Positions 1 to 11,006 of a stretch of DNA of 64,000 nt are shown here, piece after piece. Source of the DNA: Cyanophora paradoxa CCMP329 (lineage: Eukaryota > Plantae > Glaucophyta); contig QPMI01000572.1 of assembly GCA_004431415.1 (NCBI GenBank), positions 186,001 to 250,000 of the forward strand. The letters are read 5' to 3'. How positions within the stretch are numbered: position 1 is the stretch's first letter; each line of letters begins with the position of its first letter. Below the pieces are notes generated by a model. It did not search any database, had not been told where the DNA came from, and saw only the letters and a program-made list of their open reading frames with translations. Made by a program: the position numbers and the translations under genes.

Positions 1-47
1 CCCCTGCTCCTCCTCCCCCCTGTATGTCCCTTTACCTTCGTTCGCAG

Positions 48-127
48 AGGAGGACGCGTGGCGCCTGCCCGAGGTGGTGGACAAGCGCATCCCCATGGCC
101 GCCCCGCCCAAGAAGGCCGCCAAGTGA
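48..127 (+). CDS. Last exon of a gene that begins upstream of the window (product unknown)
   Basis: Pyrimidine tract and ttcgcag acceptor ending at 47, then ..EDAWRLPEVVDKRIPMAAPPKKAAK with TGA at 125-127 and GC3-rich codons. Confidence 0.65.
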
Positions 128-455
128 TCAGCTGCAGGGGGCCGGCGGCGCGAGTCCGCCCGATCCCGTGTACGTAGCTGTAGCACGGTATTAGCACCGC
201 TATCTTAGGTACTTTCAAACAGCACTGCAGCGCCAGCGCCAGCCGCAGGCGGGTCCAGCGAGCGGACCCAAGTATTTCCTATCTTGATCGATATCATCGA
301 TCTTATTACGGCAAGCTTAATTGAGCTTTTCATTCCTCTCTGTACCAGCACCGTCCGCAGTCAGCAGTATTTGAATCGAACCCAGCACGTGTATTCCATA
401 TCTCTATCAAAATGCATACGTACGTGTTTTCTACCCATACAGCTGCAGGCATCCG

Positions 456-3402
456 CTATCGCGACTCTGTGCGGAGTGCGAGGCCCATGCCGCCCACGGC
501 GCCCGCCCTCTCCTCCTCGCCGCTCGGCCGCCGCTTCGGGAGGGCCTCCTCCGCATCCGGGCTCCGCCACCCCACCTGCGCACGCGCCCGCTCGTGTTTA
601 GGGGGTACCGGGGGCGGCGGGGGGAGGGGTATGGGGGGGAGGAACCAGCGGCTCGTCCCCCCAGTCCTCGCTGGTCCGCCCGAGGCGGTCCGAGGAAGGC
701 GGCGGCGTCCGCGGCGGCCGCTCGAGCCCCCCCGCCGCCCTGGAACAACAAAGGTGAGGGGTACCGGTCGGATTGGAGCGCGGGAGAAGAAGGGTACTCG
801 GACCGGACGCAGAGGACGAAGAGCGCGAAGACGGCGACCTGCATCGCGGCGAAGAAGTAGTACCGCCCCGCCTGGATTCGAACGCGGGTCAAGTCGGAGG
901 GGAAGGGAAGGCAGGAGCGGGCGCACGTTGGAGAAGGGGTTCAGCTCGAAGACCTGATAGCCAGCCCGTCTGAGAGACAAGGGGGGGGAGGGGGAGGGGG
1001 GTACGCGCCACGACGTCGAGGGCGTTGCCGAGGGCGGAGGTGAGGAGCCAGAGGGACGAGACGACCGACTTCATGCTCGCCGGCGCCTGCAGGGGGGGAG
1101 GGGGGCGATCGGACGGGGGTAGAGGGGGAGGGGGGAGGGGGGGGGCGAACGAACGTTCACGTAGGCGAACTCCAGGCCCGTGATCGAGAGAAGCACCTGG
1201 GCGCAGGGGGGTACGCGTACGTGAGGGAGGGGTACAGGGATGGTTCAGGGGCGGGCGGAGGGGCGGCACCTCGCCGATGGTGATGAGGATGTACTGGGGT
1301 ACCTGCCACGCGACGCTGACGCTCGCCCCCGCGACGATCCAGCCCTGCGCACGCAGACCGGGTTCGAACCCGCGCGGGGCGGCTTCGAGATTACCGAGTC
1401 GAACAGAAAGGCACCTCGACCACTCCGCTCATCACAAACGCCGCGGCTCTGAGAAAGGGAAGGTTGATCTGCGGAGGTACGGAGTTTCGGGTGGGGGTAT
1501 GTGCGAACCCGAAAAGCATCCCGCCGGCCATACGGCTCAGGGGGTGCACGATCGCGCCCATCCCGCGGCTCTGGGGGTACGGGATTCGTTCGGCGCGCTC
1601 GTGGCTGCAGGCGGGGCAGCCGCGTACCCTAAAGAAGGGGTACACGAGCTGGTCGAAGAGGGGGGCTAGGACGAGGATCAGGAAGGAGTTCAGGTTCTGT
1701 ACCCTGCGGAGGGGTCCTCTCGGCGGGAATTCGTCAAGCGGGGGTACGGGCGCGGAGGAATCCGCACTGGTCGGGCTCGATCTCAAGGCCGCCCAGCTTG
1801 CAGTCCATGTGCGACGCCTGGAACTGGGGTACGAGGCATTTTTCAGGTGGGGGCCGGAAGCCGAGGCGGGGGTACACTCGGGGCACCGTCCACGTGGAAG
1901 ATTGCTGGTCGTAGAGCGACCAGAAGACGGGCACGGGCGCGAAGATAAGCGCCACGCGCCCCAGGTCCTGCATCTGGGGGTATACGTACGTGAGCGGAGC
2001 AGCAGGGGGTACGCGCAGCACGTCGGAGGGGTACCGCGTCGACGATGTGGTCGCCGTAGCGGGGCCGGGCGGCATCGAGCCAGGAGCCGCGGGGCGCGGG
2101 GCCGCGCGGGGCCGAGGCGGCGCCGGCCTGGGCCGAGCCGATGGCGCGGCGGCCCTTCAGGGAGAAAAGGAGTACCCGAGCAACCTGCCCCATCACGTTC
2201 CCCTGCGGCGGCTTCTCTGCCGCGACGCTCAGCCGAGCCGAGCCGAGCCCGGCCCAGGCCTGGGCTCAGTCGGCCTGGACGGGACAGGGGTACGCGCACC
2301 GACGTAGCCGGCGACCCGCCGCCCGAGCACGAAGAGGAACAACGCCACGAACCTGCCCGGGGCCCGGCCCGGTCGCGGGGGGTACGTGCGCGCGCCTTCG
2401 GAGGGGGGTACGCGAACATGAGGAGGGCCGCGAGGGCGAAGGCGAGCGAGTAGGAGGCCTTCGCGCGGACGATCGGCACCACGAACATGCTGATCAGGGC
2501 CCCCACGTTGATCCTTTTCGGGAGGGCGCGAAGGGAGTCAGGTGGATACGGGTTCGGGATTGGGGGCCGGGGGGGAGGGTACGCGGCGCACGAGATGTAG
2601 AACCAGGAGAAGAAGCGGTTGAGCTCCACGTCCTGCCCCGCCCTGAACTGGTCCCCCGCGAAGGCCGAGACGCTGGGGGGTACGTGAGAAGATGGTGGGG
2701 GAAGGCGCGGCAATGGGGGGCGCGCGCCATGGTTTGATCCCGCCCGTCCCGACAGCAACGAGGAAGAGGGATATGTAGGTGGGCCAGCGGCGAGGGGGAT
2801 CGCCGATCTGGGGGGGGGTACGCCGTCAGGCTCCTCGCCCCCCGGCGGGAAATGAAGCGGCGGGGCGAACGGCGCTGGAGAGGGAGACTAGGGCCATGCC
2901 GGCGTTTCCCGCGCAGTGGACCGCGGAGAGGTACAGGATCGTCGAGTATTGCCCGGCGTACGAGTCCGCGATCCAGCCTGCCGCGCGCGCGCCCGCCCGC
3001 CGGACCGGGTCAGCGAGCGCCGCGGCGGCGCGAGGACAGGGCGGGCGCCGGCACCGCCGAGCAGAGGGAAGAGGTAGTTGAGAACAATAAAGGCGTGCGT
3101 CGCCTGCGATGCTGCAGCGAAAGGTCAGCGCGAGTAGACGGGAGGGACAATTGCAAGCTGCAGCGTGCAGCGGCGGGCGCGCCTTCGTCCTCCGTGAGTT
3201 TGAGGGCGTCGTTGAGGTACAGGGCGAGGATGGCGCGGAACCCGTAGTAGCTGAAGCGCTCGCAGAACTCGACGGCGATGATAACCCACACGCATTTAGG
3301 GTAAAGCCGCTCTACTGTGCTCGGCCGAGGCGCGCCCATGGGTTCGAGCTCGGCGTCGTCCCGGCGGGCCGCGGCTCGCGCGGGAAGCTCGTCGAGCTCC
3401 AT
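456..3402 (-). CDS. Proton-dependent oligopeptide transporter (POT/PTR, MFS), multi-exon
   Basis: Exon 1 has the ExxERFxYY signature (VEFCERFSYYGFRAIL). Later exons give AFAGDQF, FFSWFYI-SINVGAL, PVPVFWSLYDQQSSTW, SITGLEFAY and QAPASMKSV, all typical POT motifs. The 3' end at 456 is inferred. Confidence 0.95.
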
Positions 3403-3606
3403 GTACGTCGCTGCAGCTGAGCGCACGGAATGCTTGCTCCCTGCCAAAGTCGGTTTGCGGCCGCGAATTAACGCAGTGTAGCTTGAGCAGCAGCTGCAGC
3501 TGCGCCAGCGGCCAACTTCGGTTTGCTGTACCCGGCGTTCTGGGGCACTCATTGGTACCGGTCTCGTGTGGTTCCGCCGGCTCTCTTGGACCGTACTAAG
3601 CTTGGC

Positions 3607-5646
3607 ATGAGCTCCTTCGCGGCCCCGGCTGCGCCGCTGCCCCGGCTGCGGCCGCGCGGGGCCGTGCCGGCGCCTGCCGCGTGCCGGCAATTGCAATCGG
3701 CAAACCAGGCCAGCGATCGCGGGCATGTTCAGCGGCGAAGGAGGCGTTCGAGCCCGTTCTTGAGCTTTAACGTGTTCGCCACGGGAACACCAGTCCGGAG
3801 GAAAGCACGGCTGGTGGCCTTCGGCATCTGGCCCGGCCCGGCGCCCGCGGGAGGGTCTCAGCGGTCCGGCGCGACGTTCGTCGCCGCCGAGCATGCGGCC
3901 GCTCGGACCGACGACCACGAGATCTTGCTCGCTGTCATCGGCGACGTGCACGAGCAGTGAGCAGTTGCGGCCGCGAGCCGCCCGCGGCGTTCTGACCGCG
4001 CTTCCTGCGCAGGTGGGGCCCTGCCGACGTGGATGTGCTGCGGGCCCTTCGGCCGGACCTGACCCTGTTCGTCGGCGACTTCGGTGGGCGCTGCAGCTGC
4101 TTTGTGGCGGGCCGCCGCCGCGCTCGCTGACTCGCGCCCCGGGCCGCAGCGGAGGAGAATGAGGCGCTGATAAGAGAGATCGCGTCGTACGACCTGCCGA
4201 AGTGCGTGGTGCTCGGCAACCATGACGCCCAGTGCGCCCCGCCCCGCCCCGCCCCGCACCGCGGGCCCCGCCGCCCGCCCGCCCGCCGCCCGCCGACGGG
4301 GCCCCGCTCTGCGGCGAGAAGGTACTCGATGGACAATTGGGGCAAGAACAAGTACATAGAGCGCTTCGGCGGGGAGGACGGCCACGACGACGACCGCTTC
4401 GGCCGGGTGCGCCCCGCCGCGCCCCGCGCGCCGCGCTCCAGCGGCCGCTCACGCGCCCGCCCGCCCGCCCGCCCGCCCGTTTCGCAGATCCTGGAGTCGT
4501 TGGGCGAGGACCACGTGGGCTTCGGGGTACGCGATTTCCCGGAGCTGGACATCAGCGTGGTGGGCGGCCGCCCCTGCTCCTGGGGCGGGGCCTTCCCCGC
4601 CCACTGCGCCCCCTTCTTCGAGCGCTACTTCGGCGGCGTGCCCACCGCCGAGGCCTCCTCCCTCAAGATCGTGCGCCGTACCCCCTCCCCGCCCCCCGCC
4701 CCGCCACCGCACCTCCACCCATCTACCCCTCCCCTTGACGGCCGCGGCGCGCCGCAGTTTGAGGCGGCAAAGCGCGCGCGGTGCCGGAACCTCGTGTTCC
4801 TCAGGTGCGGCGTACCCCCTCGCCACCCCTCCGGCCCTCGCTGCGCCGCGTCGCGCTGACCCAGCGGGGCAGCCACAACGGCCCTTACGGCCTCGGCGAC
4901 AGGCCCTCGGACCCCGTCGGGCGCGACTGGTGACCGCGCCCGTCCCGCTCTGCCCCCGCCCCCGCCGGCCCCTCTCACGCACACCTCCAAAGGGGAAACA
5001 CGCCCGGCGGCGACCAAGGCGACCCGGGTACCTCCACCCCGCCAGGCCGCCGGGTACCCCCCGCTGGCCCCTCGCTCACCCGTGCCGCCCCTCGGCAGAC
5101 CTGGCGGAGGCGATGCGATGGACGCGGGAGGAGCTGGAGAAAGCTGCGGAGGGGGATACCGGCGCCCCACGCACCGTTCTCCTCTCGGCGTTCGGCCACA
5201 TGCACCGGCTCCTCCAGAACAAGCAGGTGCACAACAGCGCCAGGGGCGGCGCCGGCCGGCGGGGCGCCGCCTTCTTAACCCGAACGCAGGGCATGCGGCG
5301 CATGGTGCACCGGGACGAGCACGGCGTGGTCCACGTCAACGCCGCCCATGTACCCCGCACCCGCCCGCACGTCGCCGCGCCGGGGGGTACGCTCCACTCC
5401 GTCACCCTCGTCACGGTCGGGGGCATGCCCTGCGCCCCCGCCGTCATGCGCGTCCGGCACGTCTGGGTCGACTCCGTCGAGAAGCAGATCCGCGAGGACG
5501 AGGCGCGTACCCTCCCCCCCTTTCCCTGTACGGGGCTACATCATCTGGCCCGCGCTGACTCGGGGGTACACCTTCAGCTGCTGTTCGAGCTGGACGATGG
5601 TACCCCTGGCAACCACCCGGTCCTCGAGTGCGAGCTCCCGGCGTGA
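3607..5646 (+). CDS. TIGR04168-like calcineurin-fold metallophosphoesterase, probably plastid-targeted
   Basis: Spliced motifs VIGDVH, LFVGDF, VLGNHDA, VVGGRPCSWGG, HNGPYGLGD..DPVGRDW, GDQGDPDL, FGHMH and VNAAHVPR. N-terminus MSSFAAP.. is Ala/Arg/Pro-rich and transit-peptide-like. Confidence 0.88.
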
Positions 5647-7049
5647 CGTCGACCGGCCCGCGCTGTACAGACACATTGTATCTTGGTAGCCCCCCTCGCT
5701 GGGGCGCCCCGCGCCCCGCGCTGTATCATTAGACTCGGAGTCCGCCTCCTATGCATTCTACAACCCTACGACTACTCTGTACTCATCGTGTACTCTTGCT
5801 GTGCCCTGAAGTTAATTGAGAGGTTTGGAGCCGAGGCCATCTTCGGAGCTCACAGGCTGAGGGCCGCGAGGCGGCGCCCCGGGCCCCCAGCTGGCCAGCT
5901 CCGGGATCCGATCCCGTATCGATATCAGCTCCACATTTGATCAATGCCGCATAATGTTAACACCATCGATATCATAGATACTGCGCATGCAGGGTCGCAG
6001 TGTCAGTGCCGCGGCGGTCGACGTCGCGGGCTCAGTCGGCAGCGGGGCCGGGATCAGAGCGGCGCAGGGGTCACCTTGTTATGGGACGACTGGCGTCCGA
6101 AGGCGGGCCGGATCGAGCGGGCGAGGGCGAGTCGACGTCAGAGAACGCGCGCGTGGCAGCCGCTGAGCTGCAGGCCAGGCCAGGCCTATAGCTAGGGGTA
6201 GGCGCCGGCGGGCCCGCGGCCTTGGCCAGCTATATATGCGCTAGCGCACCTGCCAGCTTGAGATGCCGGCCGCCGAAGATGTCCGCTGCTTCTGCTGCTC
6301 CCAGATCCTCCGCTGCTCGGGGGTCATCCACGCGCTAGGGTCCGCGGGGCCGGCGCCGGCGCCGGCGCGCGAGGCCCTGCAGCTGCGGCGGCCGGCTGGG
6401 CGCCGCTTTGAAGCCGCCCGACGCCGAGCTGGCTGTAGCCGATCCCGAGCTGGCACCTGAGCGCACGCTGCACGTCAGCTAGGCGGACGCGGGGCGCGCG
6501 CCGCGAATTCGATCGAATGTTCTATGCGCGCGACCCGGCCGCCCGGTCCATCCATTTCGGTTGCCCGGTCAGCGAGCGCGCTGAAAGTCGGCCATGTATG
6601 TATACAGGAGGGAAATGGCTGGTAAGGCAAGCCAGGAGCTAACGGGTGCGGCCGCAGTTGGCGACGGGGCGAAGGTTCGAGAACTGGCCTGGAATGGCTT
6701 GCTGTGGGACTGCAGCGCACCGAGAATGGATGATATCATGGCGTCGACGTCGTAGATGGGCGAAACCAGGTTGCGCTTCGAGCGAGTACCCCCCGACCGC
6801 GGCCGCCGGGTCGAAACAGCGGAAGCCCTGAAAGTTGCCGTCGAACTTGCCGATAGCCCTGTGCGCTGAGCCTCCGGCGAACAATGAAGCGGCCGACGAA
6901 GCGCGCGAGGACAGAGTTGGATCGGCGCCGGTACCGCGGCCGGTGCGAGCATCACACGACCTCATTCGTCGCAGGCTCGCCGTCGCCTGCAGCAGGCGGA
7001 ATCCCTCCTCGAGGGCCTGCCCTAAGTAGGATGAGGCCCGGCCCGATCC

Positions 7050-9846
7050 CACTAGTAGACTGGGGTAGGAAGTGGCACTATCCGGACACCACCCTGACAC
7101 TATTTATATTGTCAGGAAAGTGTCAGCCCTGACACCATCCTGACTCTAAAATGGCGCATCCAGACACTATCCTGACAGTATATTTATAGTGTCAGAGTGG
7201 TGTCGCATTTAATATCAAGGTAGTGTCAAATTAATGTCACAAACGCTGCGCTAGCACTGCTATGCTTGCTACCGCTACCGCATTGTCGCCCGCCCGCCGC
7301 CTTGTCGCGCCCGATCTGATCCGCCTTGTGGATTCCATATATATGAAGTACGCGCCTGCAAAAGGGGAGAACATTAGCAAGCCGCGATCAAGTGAGTGGG
7401 GGCGCTAAGCTTAAGGCGGGTCGGGGCAAGGCGGGGGCGGGCGAGCAGAGAGGCGGAGCCGGAACGCTAGAGCCGTGGCGGGGCAGGGCGAAACGGGTAC
7501 GCGGAGGGGCGGGGCGGGAGGGGGCTGTAAGGACGGTCGCGTAGGCTGTAAGGACGGGGCGCCGCCGGCGAGCGGCCGGCCGGGAGGAGCGCGTACCTTC
7601 ATCGAGGATCGCGAGGCGAAGTCGCGCGGGGCTGCACGCCTCGAAGCAGGCAAAGATCTGGGGCCGCGAGTCAGCAAGCTTTAAGGGCGAGCGGGCCTCG
7701 GCGGGGATCGGGCGGCGGCGAGCGGCCGGCCGGGAGGAGCGCGTACCTTCATCGAGGATCGCTAGGCGAACTCGCGCGGGGCTGCACGCCTCGAAGCAGG
7801 CGAAGATCTGGGGCCGCGAGTCAGCAAGGGCGAGCGGGCCCCGGCGGGGATCGGGCGGCGGCGAGCGGCCGGCCGGGAGGAGCGCGTACCTTCATCGCGA
7901 GGAGGCGAAGTCGCGCGGGGCTGCAGCCTGCAGCTGCAGGAAGTGTGAAGTGCGAGTCGTGCGGTCGCGGGTCACCACGGAAACGAGAGCACGGGCCCGT
8001 CAAGCACTCCTGCGCGAGAAGATTAGCAAGAATAGCCCAGAGAGCGACCGCAGGGCGTCCGAGAGCACGAGTTTAGCCGCGTTCCGCGGATCGGACCTGG
8101 CGGGCTGCGGACAATGCCGTTCGGGACTCCGGGCGGAACCTGCCCGCTTCCTAAAGCTTTCTGATGAGCAACGAGTGTGCCGAGAGGCCGGCAGCTCGCG
8201 AGGGACAGGCCGCGGACCTGCTTCGACGAAGTCCGCCCGCGGCCCGCTCTCGCTGCCTACCTGCACGCGTACGATGTGCACGCAGCATAGAGAGGTCTCG
8301 GCTACACGCTCGGCTCGCCCGCGGGCGCCGCAGGGCGCAGGAGTGCGCAGCGAGGGCTCCGATATTTGCGGCTTGTGTACCCCGGCCAAACCGGTACCCC
8401 AGCTGAAAGACCTCGCTCTTAGCTAGAGGCATGCAAGACGAGCGGCGAGTGCAGCTATGCACCGGAGACAGTAGCTATGAACAGTGGAGAGCGCCGCGGA
8501 CGCCGCAACCTCCTCCACAGACACCGCCATGATGAGTGCGGCATCGCGGCAGGCCGCTGGCGCTCAGCAGCTCACAGAGAGCTACGTGGGATGCTTGGAG
8601 CAATGGATCGGTCCCCGCGAGCTCCCGTTGCCGCTCTCCGCTTCCCGAGTTCGGGAGAAGTCGCTAACCCTGCCAAGTTGAAGCGCAACTCCCCCCTCTA
8701 CATCACACGGACATTAAACCGATGTAAGAACGCCAACTCGCATGCTTTCTGCCCGACCCGACGCGATTCCGCGCAGGCTGGCAGGCAGGATGCGGATTTC
8801 TTGCAGCTTCGAGAGCGCCTGGCTGCAGCGCGCACGCTGAACGCTCTTCATCATCTCTCCGTTCGGTCGTATTGCAGGCGAGCCGCGCCCGTGGCCGCGC
8901 TGCGCCCGAGCGCCGACCCCCGCCGCAGTTTCATGGCCGCGCGGCCGCACCCGTGCGCCCCCGCCCCAATCGCTGCGCACTGCCGTGATCCTCGCCTCAG
9001 ATGCTCGCGAAACGGCCGCGCGGGAGCGGGTCCTCCGCCCTCGACGACGCCGCTCCTTCCTCGACGACGACCTCGACGTCGCCGCGCTCGCCCAGGTTCG
9101 AGGGGTCCCTAGGGGGGGGAGACCCGACTTTCGGCCGACCACGGGGGCTTATAGAGCGCTTCAATACGAGTTAAAAAAGCATAGTATCCGGTCCGGCAGG
9201 TCACTTTTAGAGACGACTTCCTGGCACCGTTGCCGGGCCGCTGGGCCACGGGAATCGCTGCCGCGGGCGCGTTCTCTTATCCCGCGCACTAGCCTGCATC
9301 TAACCTCGAGTTCTGCTTGTCCAGATTTCGCAGGCGAGCTCCCCACGCGAAACGGCTGAGGAGCTCCCGGCGTATCGGGTGCGCGCTCGCCAGGGCGGCA
9401 GCGAAGCTACGAGCTCGCCGGGGCAGGCGAGCTCTCCACGCGAAGCTACAGCGGAGCTCCGCGCTTTTTTGGTGCGCCCTCGCTAGTTTAGTTTTATGGA
9501 GCGCCCTCCGCGCTTTTTTGGAGTTCGTGTCTAGTTTTCTAGATGTTATATTGTCAGACTGGTGTCGAAATGATGTCAGGCCCTCTGACACTATTCCGAC
9601 ACTATCCCGAGGCTAGGGAGCACTTAATCAGCAGCAGTGCTGGGGATCGAGTCAAAATCGAGTGCTGGGGCGGCTGCTGGTCTAGTCTCCGAGTTCGCTT
9701 CGGCATTAGCAGTCTAAATTTTGCGCTATCCGGATACTGTCAGAGTAAAGTCAGGATGGTGTCAGACGGCTGACACTTTCCTGGCAATATAAATATTGTT
9801 GGGGTAGTGTCCGGATAGTGCCACTTCATACCCCAGTCTACTAGTG
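7050..9846. mobile_element. Non-autonomous CACTA (EnSpm/CMC) DNA transposon, 2797 bp
   Basis: Starts CACTAGTAGACTGGGGTA and ends TACCCCAGTCTACTAGTG. Imperfect TIR of ~95 bp (39 of the first 40 nt identical). 3-bp TSD TCC at 7047-7049 and 9847-9849. Subterminal TGACAC/GTGTCA repeats. No transposase recognised inside. Confidence 0.93.
7570..7925. repeat. Tandem repeat of a ~145-bp unit (about 2.5 copies) inside the CACTA element
   Basis: GAGCGGCCGGCCGGGAGGAGCGCGTACCTTCATCG recurs at about 7570, 7720 and 7863. Confidence 0.9.
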
Positions 9847-11006
9847 TCCGCGCCCGCGCTCGAGGCCACGCGTTCGCAGGATTCTGCAGCTCTCTTGGGC
9901 TCAGCGTACGCTTCAGCGTAGAGAGCTCGAAGCTCAGGGAAGCTACCGGCGCGCCGCCTGTCCGCGCGGCCGTCTCCTCGCGCGCGGCCAATTGCAAGAG
10001 CCGCTGATCGATATCATGAGCAACGCCCTAGGCCTCCCGCGTGCAGATCGACGTGCCTCGGCCGCGCGGGGCCCCTCTCCCGACGCCCCCCTGCAGCTGC
10101 TGAGCCGCCAGTTGCGGGCCCGGGCCCACGTGCACGTGCACGCCTCGCGATTGCCGCCCTCGAGCTCGCCGGCGTCCCGCGCGAGGGCGGCGGCGATCGC
10201 CGACGCCCTCGCCGCCTCGCCCCCCGCCCTCCAGGACCTCGATCTCCGCATCGCCGCTGCGCCGGCCACGGCCACGGCGCGGCCTGCCGCCGCGAGCTCC
10301 CCTTTCGAAGTTTTCATTTGCGTCGACGTCTTTTCCAAAACAGCGCTAGCGCTGTAGATTATGTCGTCTAGATCCGCATCTACAGATCTAGATTGATTTC
10401 AGATCAAACTCGTATCTATAGCTAGATCTAGAGCATTGTCATGTGCATTGATGTCAAAATCACAGCGATCTCGAGCACAGTGAGCTCGAGTGATGGCCGG
10501 GCGCCTGGGGCCTGCATGGACCACTGTAATTCAAGCGTGGGGCGGGTCCGATCGCGCCACGTAGTAGAGGCGGTTGATCAAGTCCGCGACAGCGAGCCCG
10601 TCGCGCACGCGCTGCGGCTTCGGCTGACCCTCCTTCCAGCTCAGCAGCTTCGTGAACGGGCGCTGCACGCGCGGCGGTGGGTGAATTGTAATTATCTAAG
10701 TTTCAAATTGCAGGGGCCACCTCGGGATCGGCGAAGTCGTCGATGTCGTTCAGCTTGGCGAGGACGTCCCGAACTTTCATGTCCTCCGGCAGCGCCTGCG
10801 CGCGCACGCGCGATAGAGCACAGCTCATGATCAGGTGCTCGCAGCACATATACACTCTAGATCTCGCGAGAGCAGGCAGGGAACTGGCACCGCACCAGAT
10901 CCACAGGATCCTCGTTTTCTTTGCAGGGCCATTCGGCGAACTGAAGGACGACCTTTGTTCTTTCCCGGTCGATCGCCACGGGCGGCAGCTCCATTTGCTG
11001 TCTGCA

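Noticed and set aside
1355-1440. tRNA-Ser-like sequence on the - strand (A-box-like TGAGCGGAGTGG plus GGTTCGAACCC)
   Set aside because: The 5' half is a POT exon (FVMSGVVE), I could not form an acceptor stem or anticodon arm, and TTCGAA is a common palindrome here.
7950-9620. ORFs inside the CACTA element as a transposase
   Set aside because: They are short, with no recognisable DDE or TnpD/TnpA motifs.
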